Source: Macrostomum lignano
Taxonomy: Eukaryota
Assembly (NCBI GenBank): GCA_002269645.1
Contig: NIVC01003133.1
Coordinates: 54,010-118,009, forward strand
DNA: 64,000 bases
Direction: 5' to 3'
The position numbers and the translations under genes were made by a program. This document shows, piece after piece, positions 49,054-63,600 of the stretch (its first letter is position 1; each line of letters starts with the position of its first letter). The notes below the pieces were generated by a model. It made no database searches. It worked only from the letters and a program-made list of their open reading frames with translations, and was not told the DNA's origin.

Positions 49054-50962
49054 GAGGCCTCAACATACTACTCGCTACGAGGGGCTGACATCGCCCCGTC
49101 TTGTCCTGCGTCAGCCGCAGCCACTGCCGCTGGCGCAGCCGGCTCGGCGCATGAGTTCATCGATTTTGAATTCTCCGATTCGGACACCTACTCTGCCGAG
49201 ATTGCCGAGCTCTACAGCTACTCGGAGGAGAGCGAGCTCGCGGAGAACTATCGCTGTTTTAGTCGGCTGTTCGCTCAACGAAGGAGATTGGCTGGTCGAT
49301 GGCTGGACACAGACGACGAGGAGAGGAGCGGCTTCATACAGGGACTGCTGGACGGACTGGAGGTAAGAACAGAGAAGTGACAGGATGGGGAAGTGACAGA
49401 ATTCAGAAGTGACAGAATGGGGAAGTGATAGAATGGGGAAGTGACAGAATGTAGAAGTGACAGAATGGGGAAGTGACAGAATGTAGAAGTGACAGAATGG
49501 GGAAGTGAAAGAATGGGGAAGTGACAGAATGGGGAAGTGACAGAATGGGGAAGTGCCAGAATGTAGAAGTGACAGAATGGGGAAGTGACAGAATGGGAAG
49601 TGACAAAATGGGGAAGTGACAGAATGGGAAGTGAAAAAATGGGGAAGTGACAGAATGGGGAAGTGAGAGAATGGAGAAGTGACAGGATGGGGAAGTGACA
49701 GAATGGGGAAGTGACAAAATGGGGAAGTGACAGAATGGGAAGTGAAAAAATGGGGAAGTGACAGAATGGGGAAGTGAGAGAATGGAGAAGTGACAGGATG
49801 GGGAAGTGACAGAATGGGGAAGTGACAGAATGTAGAAGTGACAGAATAGGGAAGTGACAGAATGTAGAAGTGACAGAAAGGGGAAGTGACAGAATGGTGA
49901 AGTGACAGAATGGGGAAGTGACAAAATGGGGAAGTGACAGAATGTGGAAGTGGCAGAATGTGGAAGTTACAGAATGTAGAAGTGACAGAATGTAGAAGTG
50001 ACAAAATGGGGAAGTGACGGGATGGGGAAGTGATAGTATGGGGAAGTGACAGAATGGGGAAGTGACAAAATGGGGAAGTGACGGGAAGGGAAAATATTGA
50101 CAGAATGGGGAGGTGACAAAATGGGGAAGTGACGGGAAGGGAAAATATTGACAGAATGGGGAAGTGACGGGAAGGGAAAAAATTGACAGAATGGGGAGGT
50201 GACGGGAAGGGAAAAAATGACAGAATGGGGAAGTGACGGGAAGGGAAAGATGGAGAGAATGGGAAATTGACAGAATGGGGAAGTGACAGTATGGGGAAGT
50301 GACAGAATGGGGAAGTGACGGGAAGGGAAAATATTGACAGAATGGGGAAGTGACGGGAAGGGAAAATATTGACAGAATGGGGAAGTGACGGGAAGGGAAA
50401 AAATGACAGAATGGGGAGGTGACGGGAAGGGAAAAAAATGACAGAATGGGGAAGTGACGGGAAGGGAAAGATGGAGAGAATGGGAAATTGACAGAATGGG
50501 GAAGTGACAGTATGGGGAAGTGACAGAATGGGGAAGTGACAGAATGGGAAATTGACAGAATGAAGAAGTGACAGAATGGGGAAGTGACGGGACGGGAAAA
50601 TATTAAATGGAGTAAAAATTGACATATTGGGAGGAGTGACAGGATGGGGGACAGTGGAGGTACGTGGCGATACGAGCGTACGTATATACTTTGTAAAAAC
50701 TTTATACTTAAGTGTAACAAATACGGCTTACGGCTTTCTATTTGTTAAACACTCAGGAGAGCCCAGCGGGTCCCCAGCGCCAGTCGCTTCTCCGAGGCCT
50801 GTTGTACCTGGCCCAGGGGGTGTGGGCCGAGTGCCAGGTGCCAGCTGATCAGCTGAGCTGGGCCTGGCGCAACTGCAGGCTGCTGATATGCAAGGACGCA
50901 TTTGCTGCAGCATGGAGTCTGCTGTCTGATGCTGCATCTGCGGAGGCTGAGCCGCCGAAGAC

Positions 50963-51000
<38 letters not shown>

Positions 51001-54000
51001 CTGACAGTTGCGCAGAGCTGCGAGTGCTGCTGAATTTAATGTACACTCTGCTTGAGACTGCTAGGTGAGCAGGTTACCTTATGCTACTTAATGTACTGGT
51101 ATAGTAGCTGATTAGGGAAATTGTTAATTTAATTTAAAATTTATTCAAAAATTACTTTTTATAACTGCATTTCTGATACTGACTACGTTCGTAGAAGCTT
51201 AATATCAATCTTACGTCATAATTCCAACTTCAACTCTCACATTATCGCCCTAATGCTCCAACACCCTAACAGACACTCAAACCCTATAACATAACTGCCC
51301 AACACCAAAACGCCCCAACACCCCAACGCCCAACACCCCAACGCCCCAAAACCCCAACGCCCCAACACCCCAACGCCCCAACACCCCAACGCCCCAACAC
51401 CCCAACGCCCCAACACCCCAACGCCCCAACGCCCAACACCCCAATGCCCAAACACCCTAACAACCCCTATGACACAACTGCCCAACACCCAAACGCCTCA
51501 CCACCCCAACACCCCAAAACCCTAACACCCTAACGCCCCAACACCCCAAAACCCCTATTCCCCAACGCCCTAACGTCCCAACACCACAACAACCCCTATG
51601 CCCAAAGCTCCAATACCCTAACGCCCCACCGACCCAACTTCCCAACACTAAAAAGCTTGAAAGATTGGCGCCCCAAACCCCGAACCCGGAACTCTTCGTT
51701 CACCACACCCAATCCGTCCCTACTCCAGAGCTCACCCGGAAGCGGAGTGCTCAGTCAGGGAGAAGCTGCTTAGCGATCTGCTCGACCCCAGTCAAGCCGA
51801 ACCCTTGCCAGTGCTCCTGCTCAACATGGTGACAAAGTTCTGCGCTGGTCAGTTCAGCCAACAGTTCCCGGTGAAGAAGGCTCTCCTGCTGCTGTGGAAG
51901 GCCAGCCTGCTCACCCTCGGCCCTCTAGCCGACATTCACGAGCGTCGGAATGCGGCGCGTCGAGCAGCCGGGCTGTCGCCAATCGCCGAAGATACTCAGC
52001 GAGTTTGTCGCGCTATGCGGCCGTGCAGTCCGCCTCCACCGTCGGGTGTGGACGGAGCAGATCCGCAGCAGCAGAATCTGGTGTTTGTCATGCCGAGGCG
52101 CGGGGCCGGCAGAAAGTCGGCTGCTGCATCTTCAGCGGCGGCCGCTGCTGCGGCTGCTGCTGCTGCTGCTGCTGCATCGTCGTCTTCTGCAGGAGCACAG
52201 GATCCTACTGATCTTGCTGATAAAAGAAATGAACAATCGGAGCAGCGCAAACGACTATTACCATGGCAACCGAAAGTTTCACAGCGAGAGTTACAGGTAG
52301 TTAATTTGTAATATTGTATATCGCTAATTGAAATATGTTTTCAAGTTTTTTTACCGAAAGTTTGTCCGTTTATGGAGTAAAATACCAGAATTTATTTCTT
52401 ATGAAAATTATTTTAGATTTTGTACATTGAGGGGTAAAAAAGAAGTTTAGACTGTGCGTACAATGGGGGTAAGGAAAGAATTTTCTAGACTGCGCGTACA
52501 AGGGGGGTAGAAAAGAATTTTCTAGACTGCGCGTGCATTGGGGGTAAGGAAAAAGTTTAGAGCGTGTGTACATTCGGGGTAAGGAAAGAAGCTTCTAGAT
52601 TGTGCGTACAATTGGGGTAAGGAAAGAAGTTTCTAGACTGTGCGTACACTTAGGGTAAAGAAAGAAGTTTCTAGACTGCGCGTACAATGGGGGTAGGAAA
52701 GAGTCCAGAGCGTGTGTACATTCGGGGTAAGGAAATCGGTTTGCGCGTGCTGCGTACATTAAGAGCTGTTTAAGGCTTGCGCCTCGAAGTCAACCCTAGC
52801 CAATTTTATTATCAAATCAATTAGCACTATCTGAGATGAATCAAAATGCAATTAAACCTTTCCAGGCCTACCTGCATCAGGTGCGCGAAAAATTTCTTGG
52901 CGCTAGAGCAGCCGCAGCCGCCGCAGGCGACACCGACAGCCTCGCCGGTCTGCCCCGGCCGATCCACGAGAGTGTCGCTGTGCTGAAGGCGCACCTGTAC
53001 ATCAGTCTGGCCGAGCTGCAGATGAAACGCGAAGACGAGATCGCCCGGTACCCGATGACCAAGGGCCGTTCCGAGAGGGTTGAGTGTACACCAGCCGAGC
53101 TGCTGTACAGAGCTATGCTGCCCAGCGTTCCGCAGTACATGATTGCTCTGCTGAAGGTTTGACCGCCGACTGCTGGGTCTTTAATCGTTTGGTACATCTG
53201 TTAGTTAGTTAATTAGCTCTTAGGATGGGTTCTTAAAACGACAGTACGACGTCCAGAGTCCAGAGTTTTTGTCGCGACTTTTTGCACTCAAGTCTAGGTT
53301 AATTATTGCATCAACTCGAAATGAAATCTAGTGCATCTGCATCTAAATTCATATTAAATACATCTGGAACCCAGATTTAAGTACACCTGTACTTGAAATC
53401 AGTTTAGAGTAAACCTGAACTCGAACTCAAATTTAAGTACACGTAAACTTTGTGATAACTTTATTAACCGAGGCAGAAGTATAGAATTGCAGGAGTTGAG
53501 AAAGGTGCTCGCTTGAGAGCTAGGCTGACAATATTTATTTTGATTAGTAATGAGGTGGTGGGTGCAGACAGATTTAATCGCGCGCATGGGGTGGGGTTTG
53601 AATACAAAACCAAACAAATCTCTAAGCCGGTCAATAAAAATCTCCACTGCTAGTGAGTCAACACTTCAGTGCATGCAACCTATAGCAAAGTTCAACGTGT
53701 CACTATGTCACAAACTTGAACTCAAATTAAGGTACACGTGAACTTGAATTCAAATTTAAGTACAAGTGAACTTGAACTCAAATTTAAGTACAAGTGAACT
53801 CGAACTCAAATTTAAGTACACGTGAACTTGACCTTAGACATAAGTGCATCTGCACTTGAACTCAGTTCCTAAGATTCGTCCCCCCTCCACAACCTCAAAG
53901 ATTCTCCTAGCAGCAGCGCCAACAAGTAAAAGTAAAACGGAAAGCATCAACCTGAGCATGGAGCTGCTCCAAGAAGAACTGCCTAGCAGCCTATCGAATT

Positions 54001-55269
54001 CTCAGAGACTCAGCACGGACGTCAACCGGCACAAAGAAGTGATTGCCAAATCCGTCTCCGGATTTCTGCTTCTATTGTTAAAACACCTGAAACTCAGCCA
54101 CGTGTACCAGTTTGAGTACATCGCCCAGCACCTGGTGTTCGCTAATTGCATCCCACTGATACTGAAGTTCTTCAATCAGAACATTGCTGGCTATGTGCAG
54201 AATTCCAATAGACTGTCCGGTTTTGAGTTTCCCGAATCCCTGTTTCGACCAGACAATTTCGAGTTGTCCGAGGATTTTGCGTCGGCCACGACTGGCTGCA
54301 GCTGGCGCAACATGTTCACCTGCTTGTGCCTGGCCAGGGTGCTGAACAAGCTCGCGAAGGCAAAGCACAGTCGCACAATGATGCTGGTTGTGTTTAAATC
54401 CGCGCCAATCATTAAACGAGCCCTGCGGGTTCGGCACCCCATGCTGCAGGTGATTTTTATTTACACGAGTCTGCGCGGAAGTAGTCTGCCCTAGAATCTA
54501 CCCCCATTATTTACCCCAAGAGTCTACCACTAAAATCTACCCTTAAAATCTACTCTTAGATCTACCCTCATTATCTACTAATCCACCTCAAAAATTTTCT
54601 CTACGAATCTACCCCAAAAATCTACCCCAAGAATCTACCACTAGAATCTACCCCAAGAATCTACCACTAGAATCTACCCCAAGAAACTACCACTAGAATA
54701 TACCCTAAGAATTTACTATTAGAATCTACCCTCATTATCTACCCCTAGAATCTTTCTCTAGAATCTTACCCCCAAGGAGTCTGCCCCATCACTACTACTA
54801 CAGTAGGAAACTACTCACAGGGCCACTCTACACGTTGTTCTACTTCTAACCACCAAATTTTCAGCTCTACCTGCTCAAGCTACTAAAGCTGCAGACTAAA
54901 TACCTGGGCAGGCAGTGGCGCAAAGTCAACATGAACTTGATGTCCTGCATCTACGAGAAAGTCCGTCACCGACTCACTGACGATTGGGCCTTTGCCAACG
55001 ATTTAGACGCTCGACCTTGGGATTTTCAATCTGAGGAGTGCAGCCTGAGGAACGCTGTGGACAGGTTTAACCATAGACGGTACGGTCTGGGCGACCCAGC
55101 CCTCCCCGAAGGCTACCAACCGCTTGACAACAATTTGAGTAGCGTGCTCAGCAGAGAAGTGCCCTTGGCGCCGGACTTTTGTCACGGCGGCTACGAGATG
55201 TGGCTTGAGCAGGAAGTGTTCTCAACTCCCATTAATTGGGATCTAGTGTTGCAGACGATAGCTTATTGA
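49054..55269 (+). CDS. STRIP1: Striatin-interacting protein STRIP1/2 (FAM40); exons 49054-49362, 50757-51064, 51729-52296, 52866-53156, 53901-54449 and 54865-55269; start codon unresolved
   Basis: DFEFSDSDTYSAEIAELYSYSE, FPVKKALLLLWK, MIALLK|ILLAAAPTSKSKTESIN, RHKEVIAKSVSG, LVFANCIPLILKFFNQ, MMLVVFKSAPIIKRAL, KYLGRQWRK and RHRLTDDWAF; junction phases are consistent. Confidence 0.93.
49370..50600. repeat. ~20-bp purine-rich minisatellite (gaagtgacagaatgggg)n in STRIP intron 1
   Basis: Direct inspection; source of the 480-500 aa spurious ORFs. Confidence 0.93.
51290..51650. repeat. (ccccaacaccccaacg)n C-rich repeat in STRIP intron 2
   Basis: Direct inspection; the - strand has many GGGG runs. 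Confidence 0.88.
52430..52740. repeat. ~41-bp degenerate minisatellite in STRIP intron 3
   Basis: Repeated tagactgcgcgtaca...ggggtaaggaaag. Confidence 0.8.
54490..54790. repeat. Degenerate (ctacc(cc/ac)(aa/ta)gaat)n repeat in STRIP intron 5
   Basis: Direct inspection. Confidence 0.8.
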
Positions 55270-55309
55270 AGAAGGAACTTCGTGCGTTTGGAAAGTTATT
55301 TAACACTTG

Positions 55310-55550
55310 AATTCTCATTGGCTGAGAGCAATTCTTTGGTTGTCATTGGCTGAGAGCGTTTTATAGATTCTCATCGGCTGAGAGCGATTATGGATTCTCA
55401 TTGGCTGAGATCGATTTATGGATTCTCATTGGCTGAGAGCCATTTTTTATTTTTATTGGCTGAGAGCAGTTCCATGATTCTCATTGGCTGAAAGCGGTTC
55501 CTTGATTTTTATTGGCTGAGAGCGAGTCTTTGATTCTCATTGGCTGGGGG
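55310..55550. repeat. Degenerate 27-28-bp repeat with conserved core attggctgagagc (9 copies)
   Basis: Cores at ~55317, 55345, 55373 (atcgg), 55400, 55428, 55455, 55483, 55511 and 55539. Confidence 0.85.
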
Positions 55551-56295
55551 AGATTCTTTGAAGCCTGATCGACCAGTTGATTACTTATATCTAAATATGA
55601 ATCTTTATAAAAGAGATTAATAGTTATGCGTGAAGACTGACAACTTATTCTCTTTGCCTATAATTATATTTTGAATTTTTAAAAAATGCGTTAGAATATT
55701 TCCAGCGCAGTATTTGTTGCAGCACTTTGTTAAGGAAGGAAATTTACACTTTGAAATTCCACAATTTAGTTCAATAGTCTATTAATGTCTGTTTAGTGTC
55801 ACAGTGTCTTCTTTGTTCAACTTTTCCGTTTTCACGTGTCTTTTGCACTTGTTCACCTACCTAATCTCTCTTGAATTTTACACCTTTCTGTGAGCTAGCA
55901 TTTGTTTTAGCGATTATTTTTGCATGCTTTTTGTGTTGTCGTTTGAAGTATGTCGTTTTGACACTTTGCATCTAAGTCATTGTTGGCGTCTATGATTGAC
56001 TTAAAAAGTTCACTTTGAACTTTTTAATATTTTTAAATCCGTTCTATCATTCGTCCCTGTTAGTCGCTAATAACTGTTCTTAGTAGTTTCACCTCTTTCA
56101 CGCAGAGTTTTGACAGTCTCAGAGAAGTGCATTCCGTAGAAAATCTGTACTTTTCTTGTTCTCTTAGTATTTGCGGATGAGACCATATCGACAATAGTAA
56201 GCTGCAATCAGTTTCCTGTTGTGATGTTTTGCGTAAACTGTTCAGTGATTACTTTTTTCTATTATTGAATTATTTGAGATTCAGGCATTATTTAA

Positions 56296-56870
56296 AAGAG
56301 AGTAGAGAGGCAGATTCTCAAGGACTGATGGAGAGTAGAGAGGCAGATTCTCAAGGATTGAGGGAGAGTAGAGAGGCAGATTCTCAACGATTGAGGGAGA
56401 GTAGAGAGGCAGATTCTCAAGGATTGAGGGAGAGTAGAGAGGCAGATTCTCAAGGATTGAGGGAGAGTAGAGAGGCAGATTCTCAAGGACTGATGGAGAG
56501 TAGAGAGGCAGATTCTCAAGGATTGAGGGAGAGTAGAGAGGCAGATTCTCAACGATTGAGGGAGAGTAGAGAGGCAGATTCTCAAGGATTGAGGGAGAGT
56601 AGAGAGGCAGATTCTCAAGGACTGATGGAGAGTAGAGAGGCAGATTCTCAAGGACTGATGGAGAGTAGAGAGGCAGATTCTCAAGGACTGATGGAGAGTA
56701 GAGAGGCAGATTCTCAAGGACTGAGGGAGAGTAGAGAGGCAGATTCTCAAGGACTGAGGGAGAGTAGAAAGGCAGATTCTCAAGGACTGATGGAGAGTAG
56801 AGAGGCAGATTCTCAAGGACTGAGGGAGAGTAGAGAGGCAGATTCTCAAGGACTGAGGGAGAGGGAGAGA
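56296..56870. repeat. 33-bp minisatellite (gagagtagagaggcagattctcaaggactgatg)n, ~17 copies
   Basis: Immediately upstream of DNAH1. Confidence 0.95.
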
Positions 56871-57061
56871 GTTTTAAGCAAGCTATATTTCAGATTTTGC
56901 TATAAAAAAGCAGCACGCACTGTACTTGCATTCCAACATACCCAAACATTTTATGCCTATTGAGTTTGTCGCGTTCTAAATAAAGTCTTCATTGCTATAG
57001 CTAGCACCTAATAAAGCGCTGTGCTTCTGCCATTGCCGATATTTTTTAGCACCAAAACAGC

Positions 57062-60000
57062 ATGGCTGAAAAGCAGCAACAGTTCGCACCGCCGCACGCA
57101 AAGCTCGGAAAATATGAGCACATTGTCGGTGCGCAAAAATACCCGGAGATTCGACAGCGTGGCTTCTACTCCGATGTTGTGCTTGAGACAGACCCGCAGG
57201 CCCTTGGCGACGTCATGGACGGACCGGAGCGGGATCCAAATCACATGTGGGATCTGCGGACCGCAGATCACACGCCTATGGGTGAGGGTTGTTGTAGCTT
57301 GTGGTGCACAGAGAACTGTTGGTGTAGCTTGTGGTGCACAGAGAACTGTTGGTGTAGCTTGTGGTGCACAGAGAACTGTTGGTGTAGCTTGTGGTGCACA
57401 GAGAACTGTTGGTGTAGCTTGCGGTGCACAGAGAACTGTTGGTGTAGCTTGCGGTGCACAGAGAACTGTTGGTGTAGCTTGCGGTGCACAGAGAACTGTT
57501 GGTGTAGCTTGCGGTGCACAGAGAACTGTTGGTGTAGCTTGCGGTGCACAGAGAACTGTTGGTGTAGCTTGCGGTGCACAGAGAACTGTTGGTGTAGCTT
57601 GCGGTGCACAGAGAACTGTTGGTGTAGCTTGCGGTGCACAGAGAACTGTTGGTGTAGCTTGCGGTGCACAGAGAACTGTTGGTGTAGCTTGTGGTGCACA
57701 GAGAACTGTTGGTGTAGCTTGTGGTGCACAGAGAACTGTTGGTGTAGCTTGCGGTGCACAGAGAACTGTTGTTGTAGCTTGTGGTGCACAGAGAACTGTT
57801 GGTGTAGCTTGTGGTGCACAGAGAACTGTTGGTGTAGCTTGTGGTGCACAGAGAACTGTTGGTGTAGCTTGTGGTGCACAGAGAACTGTTGGTGTAGCTT
57901 GTGGTGCACAGAGAACTGTGACGTGTTACCAACTAGCTGATTGCTAATTGCTTTTCCGAGCGTAATTCAATTTCAACCTTCTCCACCACCCTCAGTGGAC
58001 ACATTCGAGCCGCCGGAAAATCTGCTGGAACAAATCACTGAGCAAACAGATCATGGTCCGACCACCAAGCTGACAGAGCTATCGGTGAGTTCTCTTGAAT
58101 CGACTATTGACAGTTTTTACTTAGGGTTAGTTAACACAGTTGAACATTCGAACAATTCTAACCTCTATCCATGGCAGGACTTTCCGCTCAAAGCCTACGA
58201 GCCAAAAGTGCAGCTGCCATTCTACACGCCGCCGGGCCAGCGACCCCGACGAGTCGAGGTTGAGCGTAGAAAACGCATCTACCAACAGATGGACATCGAG
58301 CAGATTCTGCAGGAGAAGTACAAGATTACCAAAGATCAGCTGGTGCCAAAACAATCAGACGAAGGCAATCGCCTTGGCGACTGGCGAAGCTACCTCGCTT
58401 TAGAGGTGTTTGATAACACCGATTATGACTGTCGACTGCCATCTGAGTGGCTGGCCATGGGCATGGACGAAGGAGTTCGCAAGCCAGTGCCCGGACGGGC
58501 GCTGCTGCCCTCGCGCGACGACCAGCACGACTGTAAGCATCGTTCTGTTAATTGCCCTCTGACACAGTCACCCCTAGCAAATGGTCCTATGGACTCCCCC
58601 CTAACAGCTTTGAATTTACATGTCTATGTCCTACGACACCCACCCCACGCCGCTTGGCCACGAGATTCCTTTTCCCCAATAGCTTTTAGAGAGTGTACAG
58701 TCTTTCTCTCTGCCTTGCGACACCCACACCACGCGGCTTGGCTACGAGATTCCTTCCCCCAATATATTTTAAAGAGTTTACAGTCTTTCTGTCTGCGCTG
58801 CGCTGCGACACCCACCCCACGCCGCTTGGCCACGAGCTTTCTTTCCCCATATCGTTTTTAAAGTGTACAGTCTTTCTGTCTCTTTATTCGATCTCACGCC
58901 CATTGGTAAACTTTATTCATTCACCCAAAAGCTTGTAAATGTAAGCTGTACATTTGTTCTCTTTGGACATATAGCAGAGTACATTACACTAAAACTGAAG
59001 AAAGCATAAAGATACACCCCAATAATTTCAACCAGTGGACATCCGCGATCCCGCCATTGTCTGGCGTTGGCAAATGGTCGGGGTTCTTGACTACGATCCC
59101 GACTCGCAGCTCTGGCTGGTGATGAAAGTCAACAAAAAGGGTCGCCTAGTCGATCAGGACGGTAAACCGGTGGTGAATGGTGGTTACCTAGGCAACGGTC
59201 AGTTCCTAGATCTGCCCAGCATGTACTGGATTCCCCGAATTCAACTGTACTTTCTGGCGGAAGATCCTACCATCTTTGCTATGCGAGTCGCCGAAGCGTT
59301 TGCCGAACGACAACGAGCGGAGGCACACCTGCGCTACCACCTGTACCTGGACTGCATGCCCAGCGATGGCCTTGGCGAGGCCGACAAGAACTCATTCAAT
59401 CGGATGATCGAATGGGCCAAAGGCACACCGAGTTTGAGCAAGGCTAAGAAGTGAGTTCAATTGTTTTATTTTGCTTGCAACTTGTCCTATAGTGCTTGGT
59501 AAAGACGTTTTGCATTCTCAAGCGTGCTAAATTCAATGGAAGATGTGTCCCAGAGATTTTCAGGTGTGGTGTCCCATCCATTGTCATGTATAGTGTCCCA
59601 TCCATTGTCAGGTATGGTGTCCCATCCATTTTCAGGTATGGTGTCCCATCCATTGTCAGGTAGGGTGTCCCCATCCATTGTCAGGTATGGTGTCCCATCG
59701 ATTGTCAGGTATGGTGTCCCATCCATTGTCAGGTATGGTGTCCCATCCATTGTCAGGTATGGTGTCCCATCCATTTTCAGGTATGGTGTCCCATCCATTG
59801 TCAGGTAGGGTGTCCCATCCATTGTCAGGTATGGTGTCCCATCGATTGTCAGGTATGGTGTCCCATCCATTCTCAAGTATGGTGTCCCATCCATTGTTAG
59901 GTATGGTGTCCCATCCATTCTCAAGTATAATGTCCCATCGATTGTCAGGTATGGTGTCCCATCCATTCTCAAGTATGGTGTCCCATCCATTGTCAGGTAT

Positions 60001-60451
60001 GGTGTCCCATTCCACTCGTCCTAAGGTTCCGCTGTCTGTTTAATCGCACAGCTACTCAGAGGTACTCAGATCATTTGCGTGCTCATTTTTAGCTACCAGC
60101 AGGTTCGCAACCCCAGATACCAACAGATGACTGCGGATCTGAAGGAGATGTAATCTAATATATGACATTTATTATTGAGTTTTCTCTGTCAAACCCCTAT
60201 TCAGTTTCGCGATAGATTAGCAACTTGTTTTTTAAATTTTTGTAGGGGGGATGCGAATTTTCTGTTATAAAACTTTTTATGCTTGCGAAGTTTTGGTCTC
60301 ACTTCATCACATTCTTGCCACGCATGACAAAGACTTGACTTTTTGCGGAAAGAGTCGATTTTAAAATGATAGGCCTAAATTTTCATTTGATGCACATTCA
60401 TACCCGTCAGAAGAAACACGACCAACACAACCCTCCCATGCGTTATTTTCC

Positions 60452-60484
<33 letters not shown>

Positions 60485-60492
60485 GCCCTCTG

Positions 60493-60577
<85 letters not shown>

Positions 60578-60604
60578 GCCTATCTGTCTGTCTGCCCCTC
60601 TGCC

Positions 60605-60686
<82 letters not shown>

Positions 60687-63600
60687 ACCCTTCCTTGTTC
60701 CACCCGCTGCTTTCACAGACTGGACGACAAGATCCAGAGCCTGGACAAGGAGGTGAACTTCGACTTCTCGCGCAGCATGAACAAGATCATATTCAACGGC
60801 ACCATAGTGCACCACCAGGATCAGTACTCGTACGTGACGGTGCCCCAGTCGTCAGAGGAGCCGGTGCCCCAGCGCGGCTGCGTTGACGTACCGGAGTACA
60901 ACTTCGACGAAGCGTACAGTTTGTTTGCGTTCCACTCCCTGCTGACGAGACAAGAGTCCATCAATGCCATCGGCTGGGTCCGGTCGGAGTGCAACGAAGT
61001 GGCCGCCAAATCGCTGTTTCAGGTGAGAATGTATTTTTGTTATAATTATTTTGTTTTTTGTTGTTCTTTCATGCAAAAATATGTAACGAAAACCGTTGTT
61101 CTCTACTATTGTAAGTAGCTGAAACAGAATGGCGAAACCTCATTCAGCGTTATGCGTTCTCTAGCTAATGTCGTTGATTGCCGTTTGGTATATGTGGACT
61201 AGCTCACTCTGCCCCCTTCAGGTGCCCCTAGCGAAGCACATGCGCCTAGAAGAATTCGAGCAGACTCAACAGCAGGCCACTCAGCACGTGGCTCTGTACC
61301 TGCGCGACACCTTCAAAGAGAATCTGCGCCGGCATATTCGAACTTCGCTGCGCGACTCCGGCAAAGGCTGGTTCGATTTGAACACGGACAAATTCTACGT
61401 TTACCAAGGCTCCAAGCTGAAGAAGTTCATGGAGATGGTGAAGTTCAGTATGCAAGACTCGCTGCGCTATCTGGTGCAGGACTCGCTGACCAACTTCACC
61501 CAGATGATTGTGGATGCCTGTCAGGCTTGCCTGACGCTGCCGACCAACTACGAGTGGCCGCACGACCTGCTAGTGTCAACTTTGCTGTCAGTTTTGACTG
61601 TTAAACGATTATTTTTATTTTTACTGTAAGTAGCATAAATGACAAATAACGGAAATTGTGGTCAACTTTTTTTACTTCCAGGCCCAAGCGCAACCCATTG
61701 TTCCTAGTTGATCTGGTACTAGACCTTGAGGGCTCGCACTACAGCACCAATCTGAACCAGTTTGAGGCTACACTGGTTTCTCTGTTCGACAAGGCTATCA
61801 CATCGACGCAGACTGTGCCTCAGTTAGAGAAGGTGAAGCAGCAAATTTAATATTTTGCTTGAAGCTAAATAAATAATAATCAGCTCTCAAGTTTTACCTA
61901 GCCTATAAAAGTGTAGGAGCTAAAAATAGCATCAGCCGCAAATCAAATTCTTGGAGCTAAAAATAGTATCAATCATGATATCAACTCTCTACCCTTTTAA
62001 CCTTAGATAGCCAATCAAATTCTTTGAAACTAAAAATAGTATCAGACTAAAAAGAGACTATCCAATCTAACCCCAATCAGCCAATCAAATTCTTGGAGCT
62101 AAATATAGCATCAACCAGTCAAATTCTGTGAAAATAAAAAAAACACATTTAAAGTCTGACTGACGCCCGTAATTCCAGTTTATCTTGGAGAACTTGAAGG
62201 ACCTGCAAAACGAGACGCTTCTTTTGGAGTCCGTGTGGCCCAACGAGCCAGAGGTGGAACGCTTGCGAATGACAATCCGTGAGGCTATTAACAAAGCGCT
62301 AATCCCGATGAAAGTCTACGCTCGTCTGTACGATAGGTTTTTGCCGTTGAACAACCTCGAGATCACACAATACATCGCGTGAGTAGTTTTTTAGAACGAG
62401 TCGAAAAAAGGCATTTATTGTTTTTTGCTCATAAGAATGCAAAAAACCATAAGAAATCAATCGCCCCATTACGCCCATTTGACAGTGAGTACGAAGCGAA
62501 GTCGCCCACTGCAATCCAAATGAAGGAAGAAGTGGAAAAGCACCTGGCTGAGAAGGAAGTGATGGAGAAAATCATTCCGTCCAGCATCATTATCGGCCCA
62601 TTCTTCGTGGCCACCGAGAATGTTCGCCAGAATCTGTCTAAAAAGTGCAAAGCCATGGCCAATGCAGTTCTGGAACTGCTGGCTAAGAAGCTGCGAAAGC
62701 AGGCTGATGATGTGAGCTTTACTTACCGGATTTATTTATTTCTTTTTGACTTTCTTGTCACCTGACCTTGAGAGCAGATGGGTTGACCTTAATAAGCGTG
62801 CATCGCACCAAAAGCACTAGGCTAATTCCTAGGAAACGGGAGATACTTGATCACTTCTTCCTTTCTAAATGGAACTTTCAAGAGTGAGTTTTCAATCGCC
62901 TTTTCCAGGCCTGCGAAGAGTTCAAAGCGATCTCTCGTCGCCTGTTTGAGACGCCCAACACCATCGAGGACCTCTCCGAGACGCGTGAATGGATGAAGAC
63001 CATCCCGGACAAGCTGGACGAGCACCAGGAGAACATCGACTTAGCCATGGCCGACTACGACCTGATCGAAGAGTTCTACTACAACTTAAGCCAGGAGGAC
63101 TTCAACGCTCGCTACACAGCAATGTCCTGGCCAAACAAGATTGTCAAACAGATGGAACAGGTCGAGAAGACCATGGAAGAGGCCGAGGAACGATTCCGCA
63201 AACTGCAGGTTGGCGATACTCGACCTTCAACGACAGGCTGGACTCGCTGACGATGAGCGTTGCTTCGCTGAGCACCTACACAGACATCGGCAAGGCGCAC
63301 GAAGTTGCCAACGAGGTGCGTCGCATCGCCAAGCAGCTGAAAGACGCCGGTCAGGACGCGCAGAAGTACAACAACCGCGAGCGCCTATTCGGCATGCCCG
63401 TCACGGACTACTCTAAGCTAGCCAAGCTGAACAAAGACTTCGAGCCCTACAGAGCCATGTGGATCGCCGTGTCCGATTGGATCAGGATGCACGAGTCGGT
63501 GATGGCGGATCCGTTGCACACCATCGACGCCGAAAACGTCTCCAACCAGGTGAACGAAGCCGGTCGAATCATGCACAAATCTGTCCGAATCTTCCAAGAG

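Noticed and set aside
50963-52180. PolyQ and polyA tracts in STRIP exons
   Set aside because: Short homopolymer runs are common in this genome's coding style and sit in poorly conserved linkers.
43104-60043. Repeat-peptide ORFs ([40 protein letters not shown])
   Set aside because: Most lie within introns defined by phase-consistent splice sites of real genes (the ESREADSQG array is intergenic), and all are open on both strands.
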